Shown here piece after piece: positions 47,423 through 60,741 of a stretch of DNA of 64,000 nt (positions within the stretch are counted from its first letter, which is position 1; each line of letters starts with the position of its first letter). The stretch is taken from NCBI RefSeq assembly GCF_963921235.1, contig NC_086097.1, positions 255,132,001 to 255,196,000 of the forward strand. Direction: 5' to 3'. This stretch comes from Mobula hypostoma. Its lineage: Eukaryota. The notes under the pieces were generated by a model. That model worked only from the letters and a program-made list of their open reading frames with translations, ran no database searches and was not told where the DNA came from. Position numbers and translations under genes: made by a program.

Positions 47423-47480
47423 CGAGGCTGGTAGCAGTCGAATCTACAGTCAGACGCATTATCAACTGTGCCACTGGCCC
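47423..47480 (-). pseudogene. tRNA-Arg pseudogene lacking most of the anticodon arm
   Basis: 5' and 3' ends recognisable, 15-nt internal deletion. Confidence 0.78.
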
Positions 47481-47591
47481 ACTCTGCTTGAAGGAGTGAA
47501 CAGCTGCAAGGGGCCAAGTGCTGCCGGAGGTAAACAGTCTCCATAAACCTTGTTGGTAAGTGTCTACGTGCAGAAGCTTGCTGCCAGCTTT

Positions 47592-47677
47592 CCTTTGATA
47601 GCTTGGCTGGTAGAGCAGAGGACTGTAGAGAAAATGTAGTCATCCTTAAGTTGCTGGTTCAACCTTGGATTGAAAGA
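47592..47677 (+). pseudogene. tRNA-Tyr (GTA) pseudogene with 13-nt intron
   Basis: CCTTTGATAGCT..GGTAGAGCAGAGGACTGTAG / agaaaatgtagtc / ATCCTTAAGTTGCTGGTTCAA...; many transitions at CpG sites. Confidence 0.85.
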
Positions 47678-49071
47678 TCAGCTCTGCTTTTCTTAGGCAA
47701 ATTATCAATTCCGTATCACATAGCATCTTGGTAACATAAGACTGTTTCCAAAAGTGCTCTGACACATTTCCAGATGGAATACAAAATCATCAAGTCGCAC
47801 CATACCCAAGTCTAGCTAATCACAGGGTCACATTTCAGAGTGTCTGGTTTTCACACATACTGCTCTAGCAGTACCACTGTTCTCAGATGGTTGGTCTCCA
47901 GCCAACAAGAAGATAGAGGTATTGTGTTCATAGCAATTGTACAACAGAGGATGTTGCCACAACGGCTTAGGGACTTACAGTCTGAGTGGGCAGCCTTTAG
48001 TAGTCATTCTAGTCACTACAGTGGGAAATTCACAACAGCAGGTGGTGCCAGAATCTGAAGTATCAGCGCGCAGTTGTCGGCCAGCCCAGAGGACAAAGCC
48101 ATCTTGTGACTTTCAGCGAGGTCTTATGTGATATTTGTAGCTCAGCTGAGATGCTGCCTTCTGCTCATTTGTGTGCTGACTCAAAAATGGAGTCCAATCT
48201 TCATTTTCCATACGACTGTTGCTGTACAGGCTGTGAAACTGAAGAGCAGGATGTGAAGTCAGTGTCGCAGAGAATGTAAATATGGCTCTCTGTTGAAGGA
48301 AGCTATTGGAACAGCAGATTTACGGGGTTGGTAGCATCCATGATGAGACTTCCTGCCCTTCATTGTCCTGGATAGATACAAGTCTTCCAGTGATGGTGGA
48401 CTAAAGTCAGTCACCTTTGCTGCTGAGCTGACAGTTCGCTGTAATGTTCGTATATTGTGAGAGGGTACTGCACCAAACCAGTCAGAACTGGGTGATGTGA
48501 GAATGCTCTCTATGATAGCTGTGTAGAATAACACTAGTGTGTCCTGGTGAAGATGGAATTTTCCTCCTCTGATTGCTTCTGTTCATGAAGGAGATATGGT
48601 TCTCCCACAAAACTCCTGCCCAGAATGGAATGATACCCAAAAGCTTAATGGTGAAACGGTGCTAACTGTAGAGTTGTTGATGATGTGTGGCAGGAGAAGA
48701 GACACATTTTTGCTGAGGTCAGTATGCACCTTCACAGATGTTGTTTGTTTGGTTGTAAATGCAACACAGTCCACTGTATCTTTCCATGTATAGGTGATAA
48801 ATTAATTTGAACCTGAATCGGAATCTTAACTGCTCAATACCAACTGCTATAGCGATACATTGTTCCCGTAGACAGAGGGATATCTTCCCTCAGCCCGTTG
48901 AAGGAATTCTACTTTCCACAACAGAAGTGAGTGCCAGAGTGTGTGCAGCAATGCTGGATAACGGGTGAGTTTCTCTTTGTTGCTTATTCTGTGTGTATTG
49001 ACGGATTGGGTGCAGACATACTTTAGTTCTTGCACAGCAGAGTGAAGAAAAAGATGTGAGACAAATATGCT

Positions 49072-49144
49072 GGGTAATTAGTTCAAATGGTGGAGTGCTC
49101 GCTTCACATTTGAGAGGTAGCAATATCAATGCCCGTATGCTCCA
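49072..49144 (+). pseudogene. tRNA-Ala pseudogene (unit I)
   Basis: 73-nt degenerate homologue of 47041-47113. Confidence 0.78.
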
Positions 49145-49455
49145 TCGATCTTTTAGATTCAGAGGATCCGAGTACCATCCTCCTGCCTGGAATTGCTGTG
49201 CCTGTTGAAGGTGCCGGAAGCAGAAGGGAAAGGAAATAGTGTCAGTTACTGCAAAGGAGAAGAAGTCGTGTTGGGTCTGCTGGTTTGAAAGGAAATACAA
49301 GAGAAATATAACTGATGCTGAAGTGGAGTTTTCAGTGATAAATCAGGTACATGGTAGAAGGCAATTGTCTGAGAAGCAGGGTGATGGCACCTGTGTGGAA
49401 CGCTCTGGTTGACAACTTCTGGATTGCTCATGAAACTATTGATGTCACTGCTTTC

Positions 49456-49553
49456 CACAAACAAGAGAAACTCTGCAGATGCTGGAAATCCAAGCAACAG
49501 ACAATGCTAGAGGAACTCAGCAGGCCAGGCAGCATCTATGGAAAAAGTAAATT
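49456..49553 (-). mobile_element. Penelope-like pseudo-LTR fragment
   Basis: TCTGCAGATGCTGGAAATCCAAGCAA...GAGGAACTCAGCAGGCCAGGCAGCATCT, as at 40440-40520. Confidence 0.75.
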
Positions 49554-49610
49554 GATTTTTGTCACAAGAAGGCAGCTGGCAAGGCTGGCAAAGAAGGGCA
49601 AGGAGGTGAA

Positions 49611-49681
49611 CGAGCTAGCTAGGTCAAGCTTACAATCTTCCAGTCCGCAGTCGGACTCATTATCCATTGCATCATTGGGGC
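49611..49681 (-). pseudogene. tRNA-Arg pseudogene (unit I)
   Basis: TACAATCTTC..TCCGCAGTC..TATCCATTGC in conserved unit context. Confidence 0.7.
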
Positions 49682-49914
49682 ACACTGCCTGATGGAGTGG
49701 ACGGCAGCAAGTGGCAGATTGGTGCAGGAGGTAGACAAACAGCAGGGATAGTCTCCACAAACATTGCCAGCAAGCGTCAATGTGGAGAAGTTCACTATAT
49801 GTTTTCATAACTATACGATAAATTAATCTGAACCCGAATTGGAATCTCAACATTCAACTCCACCTCTCAATACCAACTCCCATATCAGTGCGCTGTCAAC
49901 AAAGACACTAGGAC

Positions 49915-52900
49915 TGTAAAGTCATAGAGAAGAACATCACATAAACAGCCCCTTCAGCCCATCTAGTCAGTGCCAAACCATTTAAACTGCCTGCTCCCAA
50001 TGAGTAAAAAAGGTTTCTCCTCATGTTTCCCTCAAACTCTTCATCTTTCATCCTTAACCCATGACGTTTAATTGTAGTCCTACACAACCTCAGTGGAAAA
50101 AGTCTGCTTGCATTTACCCTATCTATATGCCACATGATTTTGTATACCTCAATTAAATCTCCTCTCAATCTTCAGCTTTCCAAAGAATAAGACCATAAGA
50201 CATAGGAGCAGAATTAAGCCATTCTGCCCATCGAGTCTGCTCCACCATTCCATCATGGCTGATCCTGGATCCCACTCAACCTCATACACCTGCCTTCTTG
50301 CCATAACCTTTAATGCCCTGACCAATCAGGAAATGATCAATTCCCATTTTAAATATACCCACAGTCATGGTCTTCACAGTTCTGCTCTGTGGCAGAGCGT
50401 TTCACAGTTTCACTATTCTAAAAAAATTTCTCCTTACCTCTATTTTAAAGTGTCACCCCCCAATTTTGAGACTGTATCCTCTAGTTCTGGATACCCCCAT
50501 CACAGGAAACACCCTCTCCACATGCACCTTACTTAGTCCTTTCAACATTCGGTAGGTTTCAATATGATTCCCCCCGCATTCTACTAAATTCCAGTGAGTA
50601 CAGGCCCAAAGCTGACAAACACACCTCATATATTAAACCCATCATTCCCAGAATCATCCTCATGAACCTCCTCTGGACTCTCTCCAATGATAACACATCC
50701 TTTCTCAGAAATGAGGCCCAAAACTTTGAAAATATTCCAAATGCATCCTGACTAACGTCTTATAAAACATTTGCATTAGCTCCTTGTTTTTATATTCAAT
50801 TCCCATTGAAATGAATGCTATCATTGCAGTTGCCTTCTTTACCACAAAGTCAACCTGTAAATTAACCTTCCGGGAGTCTTGCATGAGGACTCCTAAGTCC
50901 CTCTGCACCTCTGATGTTTGAACATTCTCCCCATTTAGATAACAGTCTGCACTATTGTTCCTTTTACTAAAATGCATTATCGTATGTTTCCCAACACTGT
51001 ATTCCATCAGCCACTTTTTTTGACCATTCTTCCAATTTGTCTAAGTCCTGCTGCAATCGCATTGCTTCCTCAGCACTACCTACCCCTCCACCTATCTTCG
51101 TATCATCTCTAAACTTTGCCACAAAGCCATTAATTCCATTATCTTAATCACTGACAAACAATGTGAAAAGTAGCGGTCCCAATACTGACCCCTGAGGAAC
51201 ACCACTAGTCACTAGCAGCCTACCAGAAAAAGCTCCTTTTATTCCCATTCGCTGCCTCCTGCCTGTCAGCCATTCCCCTATGCATGCCAATATCTATAAT
51301 GCCATGGGATTTAATCTTGTTAAGCAGCTTTATGTGTAGCACCTTATCAAATGCCTTCTGAAAATCCAAGTAAATGACATTCACTGTCTGTTTTTTGTCT
51401 ACCCTTCTTGTTACTTCCTTGAAGAATTCTAACAAATTTGCCAGGCAAGATTTCCCTTTACAGAAACCATGCTGACTTTGACTTATTTTATCATTAGTCT
51501 CCAAGTACCCTGAAACCTCATCTTTAATAATAGGCTCCAACACTTTCTCAACCACTTAGGTTAACTAGCCGAGAATTTCCTTTCTTTTGCTTTTCTTCAT
51601 TCCTAAACAGTGGAGTGACATTTTCAATTTTCCAGTCCATCGGAACTATTCCAGAATCAAATGATTCTTGAAAGATCATGACCAATGCATTTGTTATCTC
51701 TCCCGCAACCTCTTTCAGAACTCTGGGATGTAGTTCATGATGACTTATTCACATTAAGACCTTTCAATTCCCTAGCATTTTTTCTTTGTAATAGCAATAG
51801 CACATACTCCTGTTCCCTGACACTCTTGGACATTTGGCACACTGCTAGTTCTTCCACAGTGAAGACTGATGCAAAACACTTACTAAGTTCATCTGCCATT
51901 TCTTTATTCCCCATTGCTGCCTCACCAGCATGAATTTCCAGTGGTCCAATATCAACTTCCACCCCCCTTTTACTCTTTTTATAGTTGAACAAACTTTTAG
52001 TGGCCTGCTTTATGCTATTTCCTAGTTTCCCTCATGTTTCATCTTTTCCCTTCTTGTGGTTTTTTAGTTGCCCTTTGTTGGATTTTAAAAGCTTCCCTAT
52101 CATCCAATTTCCCACTCACTTTTGCTACCTTATGTGCCCTTTCCTTGTCTTTTATGCAGATCTGACTTCCCTTGTCAACCATGGCTGCTTACCACTGCCA
52201 TTTGAGAACTACTTCTTCTGTGGACATATCTATCCTGCACCTTTGAACTATTCCCAGAAACTTCAACCACCTCTGCTCTGTTGTCATCCTGGCCAGTGCC
52301 ACCCTCCAATCCACCTGGGCAAGCTCCTCTCGCATGAGTCCGTAATTCCCTTTATTCCAATGTGATACTAATAAATGCGACTTCTCCCTCTCAAGTTGCA
52401 GTATAATTTCAATTTATTGTGAACACTGCCTCCTAAGGGTTCCTTTACCTTAAGCTCTGAATAAAATCTGAATTATTACACAATACCCAATCTAAGATAG
52501 CCTTTCCCTGAGTAGGCTTGAACACAAGCTGCTCTAAAAAGCTACCTTGTAGGCATTCAACAAATTCTCTCTCTTGTGATCTGATAGCAATCCGATTTTC
52601 CCAATTCCCTTGTACATTGAAGTCCCTCATTACAATTATGACATTCCCCTTATTCCATGTCCTTTCCAGCTCCCTTTGCAATCTGAACCCACATCATGGC
52701 TACTATTTGATTCCCAAGATATGCTCTTCAGCCTTACCGTTTCTCAACTCCACCCACAAAGAGTCAACATTCTCTCACCCTGTCACCTCTTTCTAAAGGT
52801 GTAATTCCATCTCTCACCAATAGAGCCACACCACCTCCTATGCCTTCCTGCCTGATCTTTTGATATAAAGTATATCCTTTGATATTAAGCTCCCAACTAT

Positions 52901-53160
52901 GACCTTCTTTCAACCAGGTCTCAGTAATCCCCACCATGTCATAACGACCAATCTCAAACTGTGCCACGAGTTCATCCACCTTATTCTGAATAGTCTGTGC
53001 ATTTAAATACAGCACCTTCACTCCTGTATTCTTCACCCTTTGAATTTTGCCTTTGTGGTACAATTTAACTCCTTACACAGTTTATATTTGTATCCAATCA
53101 TTGGCTTGTGCTTCCTTACATTCATACTGTGCCATTGTCTACTTGTACACATGCTGGCAA
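49915..53160 (-). mobile_element. CR1 fragments (short 3' piece and long ORF2 remnant)
   Basis: ORFs 49908..50168, 50705..51007, 51220..51555 and 52764..53063. Confidence 0.9.
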
Positions 53161-53244
53161 TCCTCAGTTCTATTATACTTAGATTTATGAAGGGCAATGT
53201 GCCAAAAACTTTCTTTAGGATCCTATCAACCTATGACTCTACTT

Positions 53245-56200
53245 TCAATGAATTTGCAATATTCCAGATTGCCAGGTATGACGTTGTGGCCATCATTGAA
53301 TCGTGGCTAAAGGATGGTTGTTGTTGGCAGCTGAATGCCCAAGGTTACACATTATATCGGATGGACGTGAAGGTAGGCAGAGGGGATGGTGTGGCTCTAC
53401 TGGCAAAGAATGGCATCAAATCAGTGGAAAGATGTGACATAAGACTGGAAGATGCTTGTGGGTTGTGTAAAGAAACTGCAAGGGTAAAAGGACATTGATG
53501 GCAGTTATATACAAGCCTCCCAACAGTGGCTGGCAGGTGGACCACAGGTTACAACAGGAAATAGAAAAGGCAAGTCAAAAGAGCAATGTCATGGGAGATA
53601 TTAACATGCAGGTCGATTGGGAAAATCAGCTTGGTAATGAATTTCAAGAGAGTGAGTTTGTTGAATGCCTAAGAGACACCATTTTGGAGCAGTTTGTTGT
53701 TGAGCCTACTAGGGGATCAGCTATACTGGATTGGGTGTTATGTAATGAACTAGAGGTGATTAGGGAGCTTAAGGTAAAAGAATGCTTAAGAACCAGTGAT
53801 CACAATATGATTGAGTCCAACTTGAAATTTGATAGGGAGAAAGTAAAGTCTGATATAGCAGTATATCAGTGGAGTAAGGGAAATTACAGTTGTATGAGAG
53901 AGGAGTTGGCCAAAGAAAATTGTAAGGAGCTGCTGGCAGGGATGTCAGCAAAGCAGCAATGGCGTGTATTTCTGTGAAAAACGAGGGAGGTGTAGGACAT
54001 ATTCATTCCAAGAATGAAGAACTACTCAAATAGTCAAATAGTACAAGCATGGCTGACAAGGGAAGTCAAGGCTATTGTAAAAGCAAAAGGTTCTGGGTCC
54101 CTGTCCAGTCTTTTACTCTTTATATACTTGAAAAAGCTTTTAGTATCTTCTTTGATATTATTTGCTAGCTTCCTTTCATAGTTAATCTTTTCCCTCTTAA
54201 TGACCTTCTTAGTTTCCTTTTGTAAGCTTTTAAAAACTTCCCAATCCTCTGTCTTCCCACTAATTTTGCTTCCTTCTATGCCCTCTCCTTTAACTTTGGC
54301 TTTGACTTCTCTTGTCAGCCACGGTTGCATCCTTTTTCCATTCAAAAATTTCTTCTTTTTCAGAATATACCTGTCTTGCACCTTCCTCACTTCTTGCATA
54401 AACTCCAGCCACTGCTGCTCTGCCGTCCTTCCTGCCAATGTCCCTTTTCAGATGAACTAAATAAGTATTTTGCATCAGTCTTCACTGTGGAAGACACCAG
54501 CAGTATGCCTGATATTGTAGTGTGTGAAGAAAAATAAGAGTGTGCAGTTACTGTTACAAGAGAGAAGGTGCTCAAAAATCTGAAGGACCTAAAGGTGCAT
54601 AAGTCTCCCGGACCAGAGGAACTGCACCCTAGGGTTCAGAAAAAGGTAGCACTAGAGATTGTAGTGACATTAGAAATGATCTTTCAAAAATCATTGGACT
54701 CCAGCATGCTGCCAGAGGACTGGAAAATTGTAAATGTTACTCTACTCTTTAACAAAGGAGGAAGAGAGCAGAAAGAACATTATAGACCACTTAGCCTGAC
54801 TTCAGTGGTTGGGAAGATGTTAGCGTCAATTGTTAAGGATGAGGTGATGGAGTACTTGGTGACCCAGGAGAAGATAATACAAAGTCAGCATGATTTCCTT
54901 CAGGGAAAACCCTGCCTGACTGCCATGGTGTGGTCCATTAAGTTGCATTCCGGTTCACGGTCCGGACCATCAATCCGTATTCCAGGTTTTCCAGTTTTCC
55001 ATTGACCTGTTGTGTGCCTTAATTGAGGCACGTTTCTTATTTTGGGGTGGCTACATAAATGGCTCCTGGGCTCAGGTTCATTTGCTGGACTGTTCCCTCC
55101 CCTTCCCCTTCCTTCTGAAGCCTCGCCTGCTATCTCCGCCTGAAGCCTCGCCTGCTACCTTCGCCTGTGTCCTCACCTGTAATGCCATCAGGTTCAACCG
55201 CCAGGGCAAGATCGGGGCCTTGCTGTGTCTAGATAAGGAACTGTCTTTCGCTTTTTTGAACTGCCACTTTGTGTCCTCACCCTCACTAGGTAGGTCCAGC
55301 CGTTTGCCGCTACCTTGTGTTGGGAACCGTCTCTGTGTCCACACCTTTGCTAGGTAGATCCGGCCATTTGGTGCTACCCTGAGTGCAGATCTCTCTCTGT
55401 GTTCTGTGTATGAGTCCCGGCCCTACATCTTGCTCCCTAGGAGGGGTCCTGACTCTGTGTAGAGCCCTGGCCCCAAGTCCTGTTCCTAAAGAGGGGTCCT
55501 GTCTCTGTGTTCCATGTTCCTGTTCTCCCTCGACCCAGGATCTGCGTTCCTGCTCTCCCTCAACCAAGGCAAGTCTTTGTGTTCTCATCCTGTCCATGTG
55601 CCTCGCCCAGCCCAGGAGTACCTCGCCCAGCCCGGTGCTGGGGTTTCCTCATCCTGTCCTGGAGTCTCACGTCCAGTCCTGTAGCCACATCTTGTCCTTG
55701 CCTGGATCCGGGTTCCGAGCCTGAGTCAAAACCCAGGTTCTGGGTCCCTGTCCAGTCTCTGGCTTGGGGTCCTAGTCCAGGCTCCTCAATCCTAGTTCCA
55801 CGTCCAGGTCCCGTGTCTCTAGTCCAAGTCCTAGCCCAGGCCCTGAATCCTTGTCTTGTCCAGGGCCTGTGTCATGCCCAGCATTGTTTCTTCCCCTCTT
55901 CCCTTGCTTTCTTGACACACCTAATCCTGCTCCTAGTACTTCAGCGTCTGTGTCTTGCATTTGGGTCCGCTCCCAGCGCGCCCCCGCTATAATCCTGACA
56001 AACCTTTTGGAATTCTTTGAAGTGATTACGAGTAGGATAGATAAAGGGGATGCAGTGGAAGTTGTATATTTGGACTTTCAGAAGGCCTTCGACAAGGTGC
56101 CACACATGAGGCTGCTTACCAAGTTAAGAGCCCATGGTATTACAGGAAAGTTACTCACATAGTTACAGCATTGGTTGATTGGTAGGAGGCAGCGAGTGGG

Positions 56201-57267
56201 AATAAGAGGATCCTTTTCTGGCTGGCTGCCAGTGACTAGTGGTTTTCCACAGGTGTTTTTATGTTGGGACCACTTCATTTTATGCTGTATATAAATGATT
56301 TAGATAATGGAATAGATGGCTTTGTTGTCAAGTTTGCAGATGATACAAAGATTGACAGAGAATCAGGTAGTGTTGAGGAAACAGGTAGTCTGCAGAAGGA
56401 TTTAGACAGATTAGGAGAATGGTCAAGAAAGTGGCAAATGAAATACAATGTTGGAAAATGTATGGTAATGCATTTTGGTAGTAGAAATAAATGTGCAGAC
56501 TATTTTCTAAATGGGGAGAAAATCCAGAAATCTAAGATGCAGAGGGACTTGGGAGTCCTTGTGCAGAACACTCTGAAGGTTAACTTGCAGGTTGAGTCAG
56601 TGGTGAGGAAGGCAAATGCCATGTTAGCATTCATTTCAAGAGGTCTAGAATACAAGAGCAAGGATGTGATGCTGAGGCTTTTTAAGGCACTGGTGAGGCC
56701 TCACCTTGAGTATTGTGAACAGTTTTAGACCCCTCATCTTAGAAAAGATGTGCTGGTATTGGAGAGGGTCCAGAGGAGGTTCACAAGGTTGATTCCAGGA
56801 ATGAAAGGGTTATCATATGAGGAATATTTGATGGTTCTGGGTCTGTACTCGCCGGAATTCAAAAGGATGAGGGGGGTTCTCATTAAAACCTTTTGAATAT
56901 TGAAAGGCTCAGACATAGTAAATGTGGAAAGAATGTTTCCCATGGTGGAAGAGTCTAGGACAAGAGGGCACAGCCTCAGGATAGAGGGGCGCCCTTTCAA
57001 AACAGAAATGCAGAGAAATTTCTTTAGCCAAAGGGGAGTGAATTTGTGGAATTTGTTGCCACATGCAGCTGTGGAGGCCAGGTCGATGGGTGTATTTAAG
57101 GCAGAGATTGATAGGTTCTTGATTGGACCCGGCATCAAAGTTTACGGGGTGAAGGCCAGGAACTGGGGTTGAGGAGAAGGAACGAGAAGGATCAGCCATG
57201 ATTGAATGACAGAGCAGACTCGATGGGCCAGATGGCTTAATTCTGTTCCTATGTCTTATGGTCTTAT
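53245..57267 (+). mobile_element. CR1 ORF2 remnant with an inverted CR1 piece (~54100-54445) and an LTR insertion
   Basis: ORFs 53495..53977, 54568..55005, 56261..56728 and 56900..57172; TCTTATGG tail. Confidence 0.88.
54921..55993. mobile_element. Complete solo LTR-like repeat (family 1)
   Basis: Interrupts CR1 RT at GKPCLT/NLLEFF; flanked by CCTGAC direct repeats (54915-54920, 55994-55999). Confidence 0.78.
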
Positions 57268-57579
57268 TGAATTATGGACCTGTATTCATAGATCCCTTTG
57301 TTCTACCACACTCCTTAGTGTCCTACTGTTCAGTATGCAAGATCTACCCTGGTTGATCCACAGAAATGCACCACCTCTCACTTGTCTGCATTAAATTCCA
57401 TTGCCGTTTCTCAGCCCATTGTCCAGCTCATTCAGATCCTGTTGCAAGCCATGAAAGCAATCCTTGCTGTCCACCTGACCCTAAGACCATAAGGCATAGG
57501 AGCAGAATTTGGCCATTCAGCCCATTGACTCTGCTCTGCCATTCCATCATGGCTGATCCTTGATCCCACTCAATCCAAA

Positions 57580-58110
57580 TCCACAGTGGCAAATGTCGCC
57601 AGAATGTGAAGTATTGGAGCGCATTTACAGGCCACCCCTGAAGGTGAAGGTAGAGGAAATGTGATTATCCTTTGTTTGTTAGGTTGGCAATGGTTTGATG
57701 GATTTGCTCTGATTTTCATAGACAAATCATCAATTCCATATCACAGAGCATCTTGGTGGCAGAAAACTGCTCTCAAATGTGTTCAGACACAGGACCAGAT
57801 GGAGTACAGAGGCATCAAATCACAGTATCGAAGGCTAGCTTATAATGGGTCAGATATAGAGTGCCTGGTCTTCACACACATGCTGCTTTAGCCATACCAC
57901 CACTCTCAGAGTCGATTGCTCTCTGAGCAACAAGAAGATAAACTCTTTGCTTCATTGCAAATATACAAGAGGTTGCCTTGAAGGCACATGGATAACTTTC
58001 TTCATGTCTGAGTGGGCAGCCTTTAGCAGTCACTCTAGGTCCAGTGGTTGCAAAATCCACAACAGCAGGTTGTACCAGAGGCCCACACTGCTTGAAGGAT
58101 TGGACAGATA
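57580..58110 (+). repeat. Highly degraded tRNA-array unit (J)
   Basis: ATCATCAATTCCATATCAC...GACCAGATGGA...CAACAAGAAGATA...ACAGCAGGT collinear with unit H. Confidence 0.7.
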
Positions 58111-58274
58111 TAAGTGACGGGTCAGTTGGAGGAATCTACTTGTGAGCTTGCTCCTGGGCCTGGCCAAAATGACCAATCACTGGTCCAGCTAGCACACTGT
58201 CAAGGGATTTGCTAGGGCCGACTGCCTGCTTCTCCTCCAGGAATAGGTACCTGGTGAGTGTCCTGGGAAAGGGA

Positions 58275-58830
58275 GCTGTGCCGAACATGTCCTTACCTTA
58301 CAGCTACCTAGGCTTACGCATAGCTCTGTTTTTCTAAGCTCCATGTATCCATCCCGGAGTCTCTTAAAAGACCGTATCATTTCCACCTCCACCACTGCCG
58401 CCAGCAGCCCATTCCACACACTCACCTCTCCCTCTGTGTAAAAAAACTTACCCCTGACATCTCCTCTGTACCTTCTTCCAAGCACCCTCTTGTGCTAGCC
58501 ATTTCAGCCCTGGGAAAAAGCCTCTGACTATCCACACAATCAATGCTTCTCATTATCTTATACACCTCTATCAGGTCACCTCTCATCCTCCATCGCTCCG
58601 AGGAGAAAAGGTTGAGTTCACTCAACCTATTCTCATAAGACATGCTCCCCAATCCAGGCAACATCCTTGGAAATCTCCTCTGCACCTTTCTATGGTTTCC
58701 ACATCCTTCGTGAAGTGATGTGACAAGAATTGAGCACAGTACTCCAAGTGGGGTCTGACCAGGGTCCTATGTAGCTGCAACTTGCCTCTCAGCTCTTAAA
58801 CTCAATCCCACGACTGTTGAAGGCCAATGC
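58275..58830 (-). mobile_element. CR1 3' fragment
   Basis: ORFs 58189..58485 and 58422..58685. Confidence 0.9.
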
Positions 58831-58949
58831 ACTTAAACATCTCACCTTTCACTCATAAGCCATGACTTTTGGTTGCAGTCCCACCCAACCTCAGTGGAAA
58901 AAACCTGCTTTTATTCACCCTATCCATACCTTCTTCATGAAACATGGGG

Positions 58950-59195
58950 GAGCTGCCTTCACCACGCGATACAGGTCTTGTCGCTCAGAGGTTGTGCTGC
59001 TGGCATACTACACTGTGACGCTGTTGGCCAGGACGGTTTCAATTCTGCTTCTGTATAAGTTGAGCAACAGCTTTTGTGAGAGTTTCTGAGGAAGAAGAAT
59101 CTTTGTTGTGCCTTTTTTACAAGCAGCGAGGTGTTGGTGGTCCATGTCAGCTGTTTTGACAACATAACTCCAAGGAACTTTAGTAATGATCTTCC
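58950..59195 (-). mobile_element. L2/Rex-type LINE fragment
   Basis: KFLGVMLSKQLTWTTNTSLLVKKAQQRFFFLR. Confidence 0.8.
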
Positions 59196-59314
59196 CAGAA
59201 TATCACAGAACATAGAACAGTACAGCACAGTACAGGCCCTTCGGCCCACAATGTTGTGCCGACCCTTAAACCCTGCCTCCCATATAACCCCCACCTTAAA
59301 TTCCTCCATATACC

Positions 59315-60140
59315 TGTTGATATTGCGGGATATCGAGGAGCAGATAGGGAAACAGATCCTGGAAAGGTGTAATAATAACAGAGTTGTCGTGATGGGAGAT
59401 TTTAATTTCGCAAATATCGATTGACATCTCCCTAGAGCAAGAGGTTTAGCTGGGGTGGAATTTGTTAGGTGTGTTCAGGAAGGTTTCTTGACACAATATG
59501 TAGATAAGCCCACAAGAGGAGAGGCTGTACTTAATTTGGTATTGGGAAATGAACCTGGTCAGGTGTCAGATCTCTCAGTGGGAGAGCATTTTGGAGATAG
59601 TGATCATAATTCTATCTCCTTTACAATAGCATTGGAGAGAGATAGGAACAGACAAGTTAGAAATGCGTTTAATTGGAGTAAGGGGAATTTTGAAGCTATC
59701 AGGCCGGAACTTGGAGGATTAAATTGGGAACATATGTTCTCAGGGAAAAGTACTGAAGAAATATGGCTAATGTTCAGGGAATATTTGTGTAGAGTCCTGC
59801 ATAGGTACGTTCCAATAAGACAGGGAAGGAGTGGTAGGGTACAGGAACCGTGGTGTACAAGGGCTGTAATAAATCTAGTCAGGAAGAAAAGAAAAGCTTA
59901 CAAAAGGTTCAGAGAGCTAGGTAATGTTAGAGATCTAGACAATTATAAGGCTAACAGGAAGGAGCTTAAGAATGAAATTAGGAGAGCCAGAAGGGGCCAT
60001 GAGAAGGCCTTGATGGGCAGGATTAAGGAAAACCCCAAGACATTCTACAAGTACGTGAAGAGCATGTGAAGATGTGAAAGAATAGGACCTATCAAGCGTG
60101 ACAGTGGAAAAGTGTGTATGGAACTGGAGGAAATACCAGA
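59315..60140 (+). mobile_element. CR1 APE/tether fragment
   Basis: ORF 59455..60069 (GDSDHNSI). Confidence 0.9.
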
Positions 60141-60146
60141 GGAATG

Positions 60147-60283
60147 CTCACAACACGCTGGAGGAACTCAGCAGGTCGGGCAGCATCCGTGGAAAAGATC
60201 GGTCGACGTTCCAGCCCGAAACGTCGACCAATCTTTTCCACGGATGTTGCCCAACCTGCTGAGTTCCTCCAGCGTGTTGTGAG
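60147..60283. repeat. 64-bp inverted repeat of Penelope-like pseudo-LTR sequence
   Basis: Arms 60147-60210 and 60220-60283, 3 mismatches, 9-nt loop. Confidence 0.92.
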
Positions 60284-60741
60284 TGTTACTTTGACCGCAG
60301 CATCTGCAGATTATTTTGTGTTTAAGAAATCATCCTTTCCCATGGTGGTACTTGCATTGAAATATATGCACAGCTCAGGACATGAGTTGCACCATGCTCA
60401 ACATTTTGAATCCTGACTTTGTCTGAGGTCTTACCAACATCTGTCTCCACTACCTCTCCACTAACTGTTTTGACACTCTGGTTCCCATCCCCCTGCAACT
60501 CTAGTTTAAACCACCGTGCAGCATTAGCAAACCTTCCCACAAGGATATTAGTCCCCTGCAGTTCAGGTGCCCCTTCTGTACAGGTCCCACCTTCCCTGGA
60601 AGAGAGCCCAATGATCCAATAATCTTATGCCCTCCATCCTACACTAACTCCTTAGTTATGTATTAAACTGTATACTTTTCCATGTTCTAGTCTCAGTACC
60701 ATGTGGCATGGGGAGCAAGCCTGAGATCACAACCCAGTAAG

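Noticed and set aside
57891..57901. GCCATACCACC resembling the 5S rRNA 5' end
   Set aside because: No downstream 5S similarity; homologous positions in other units differ.
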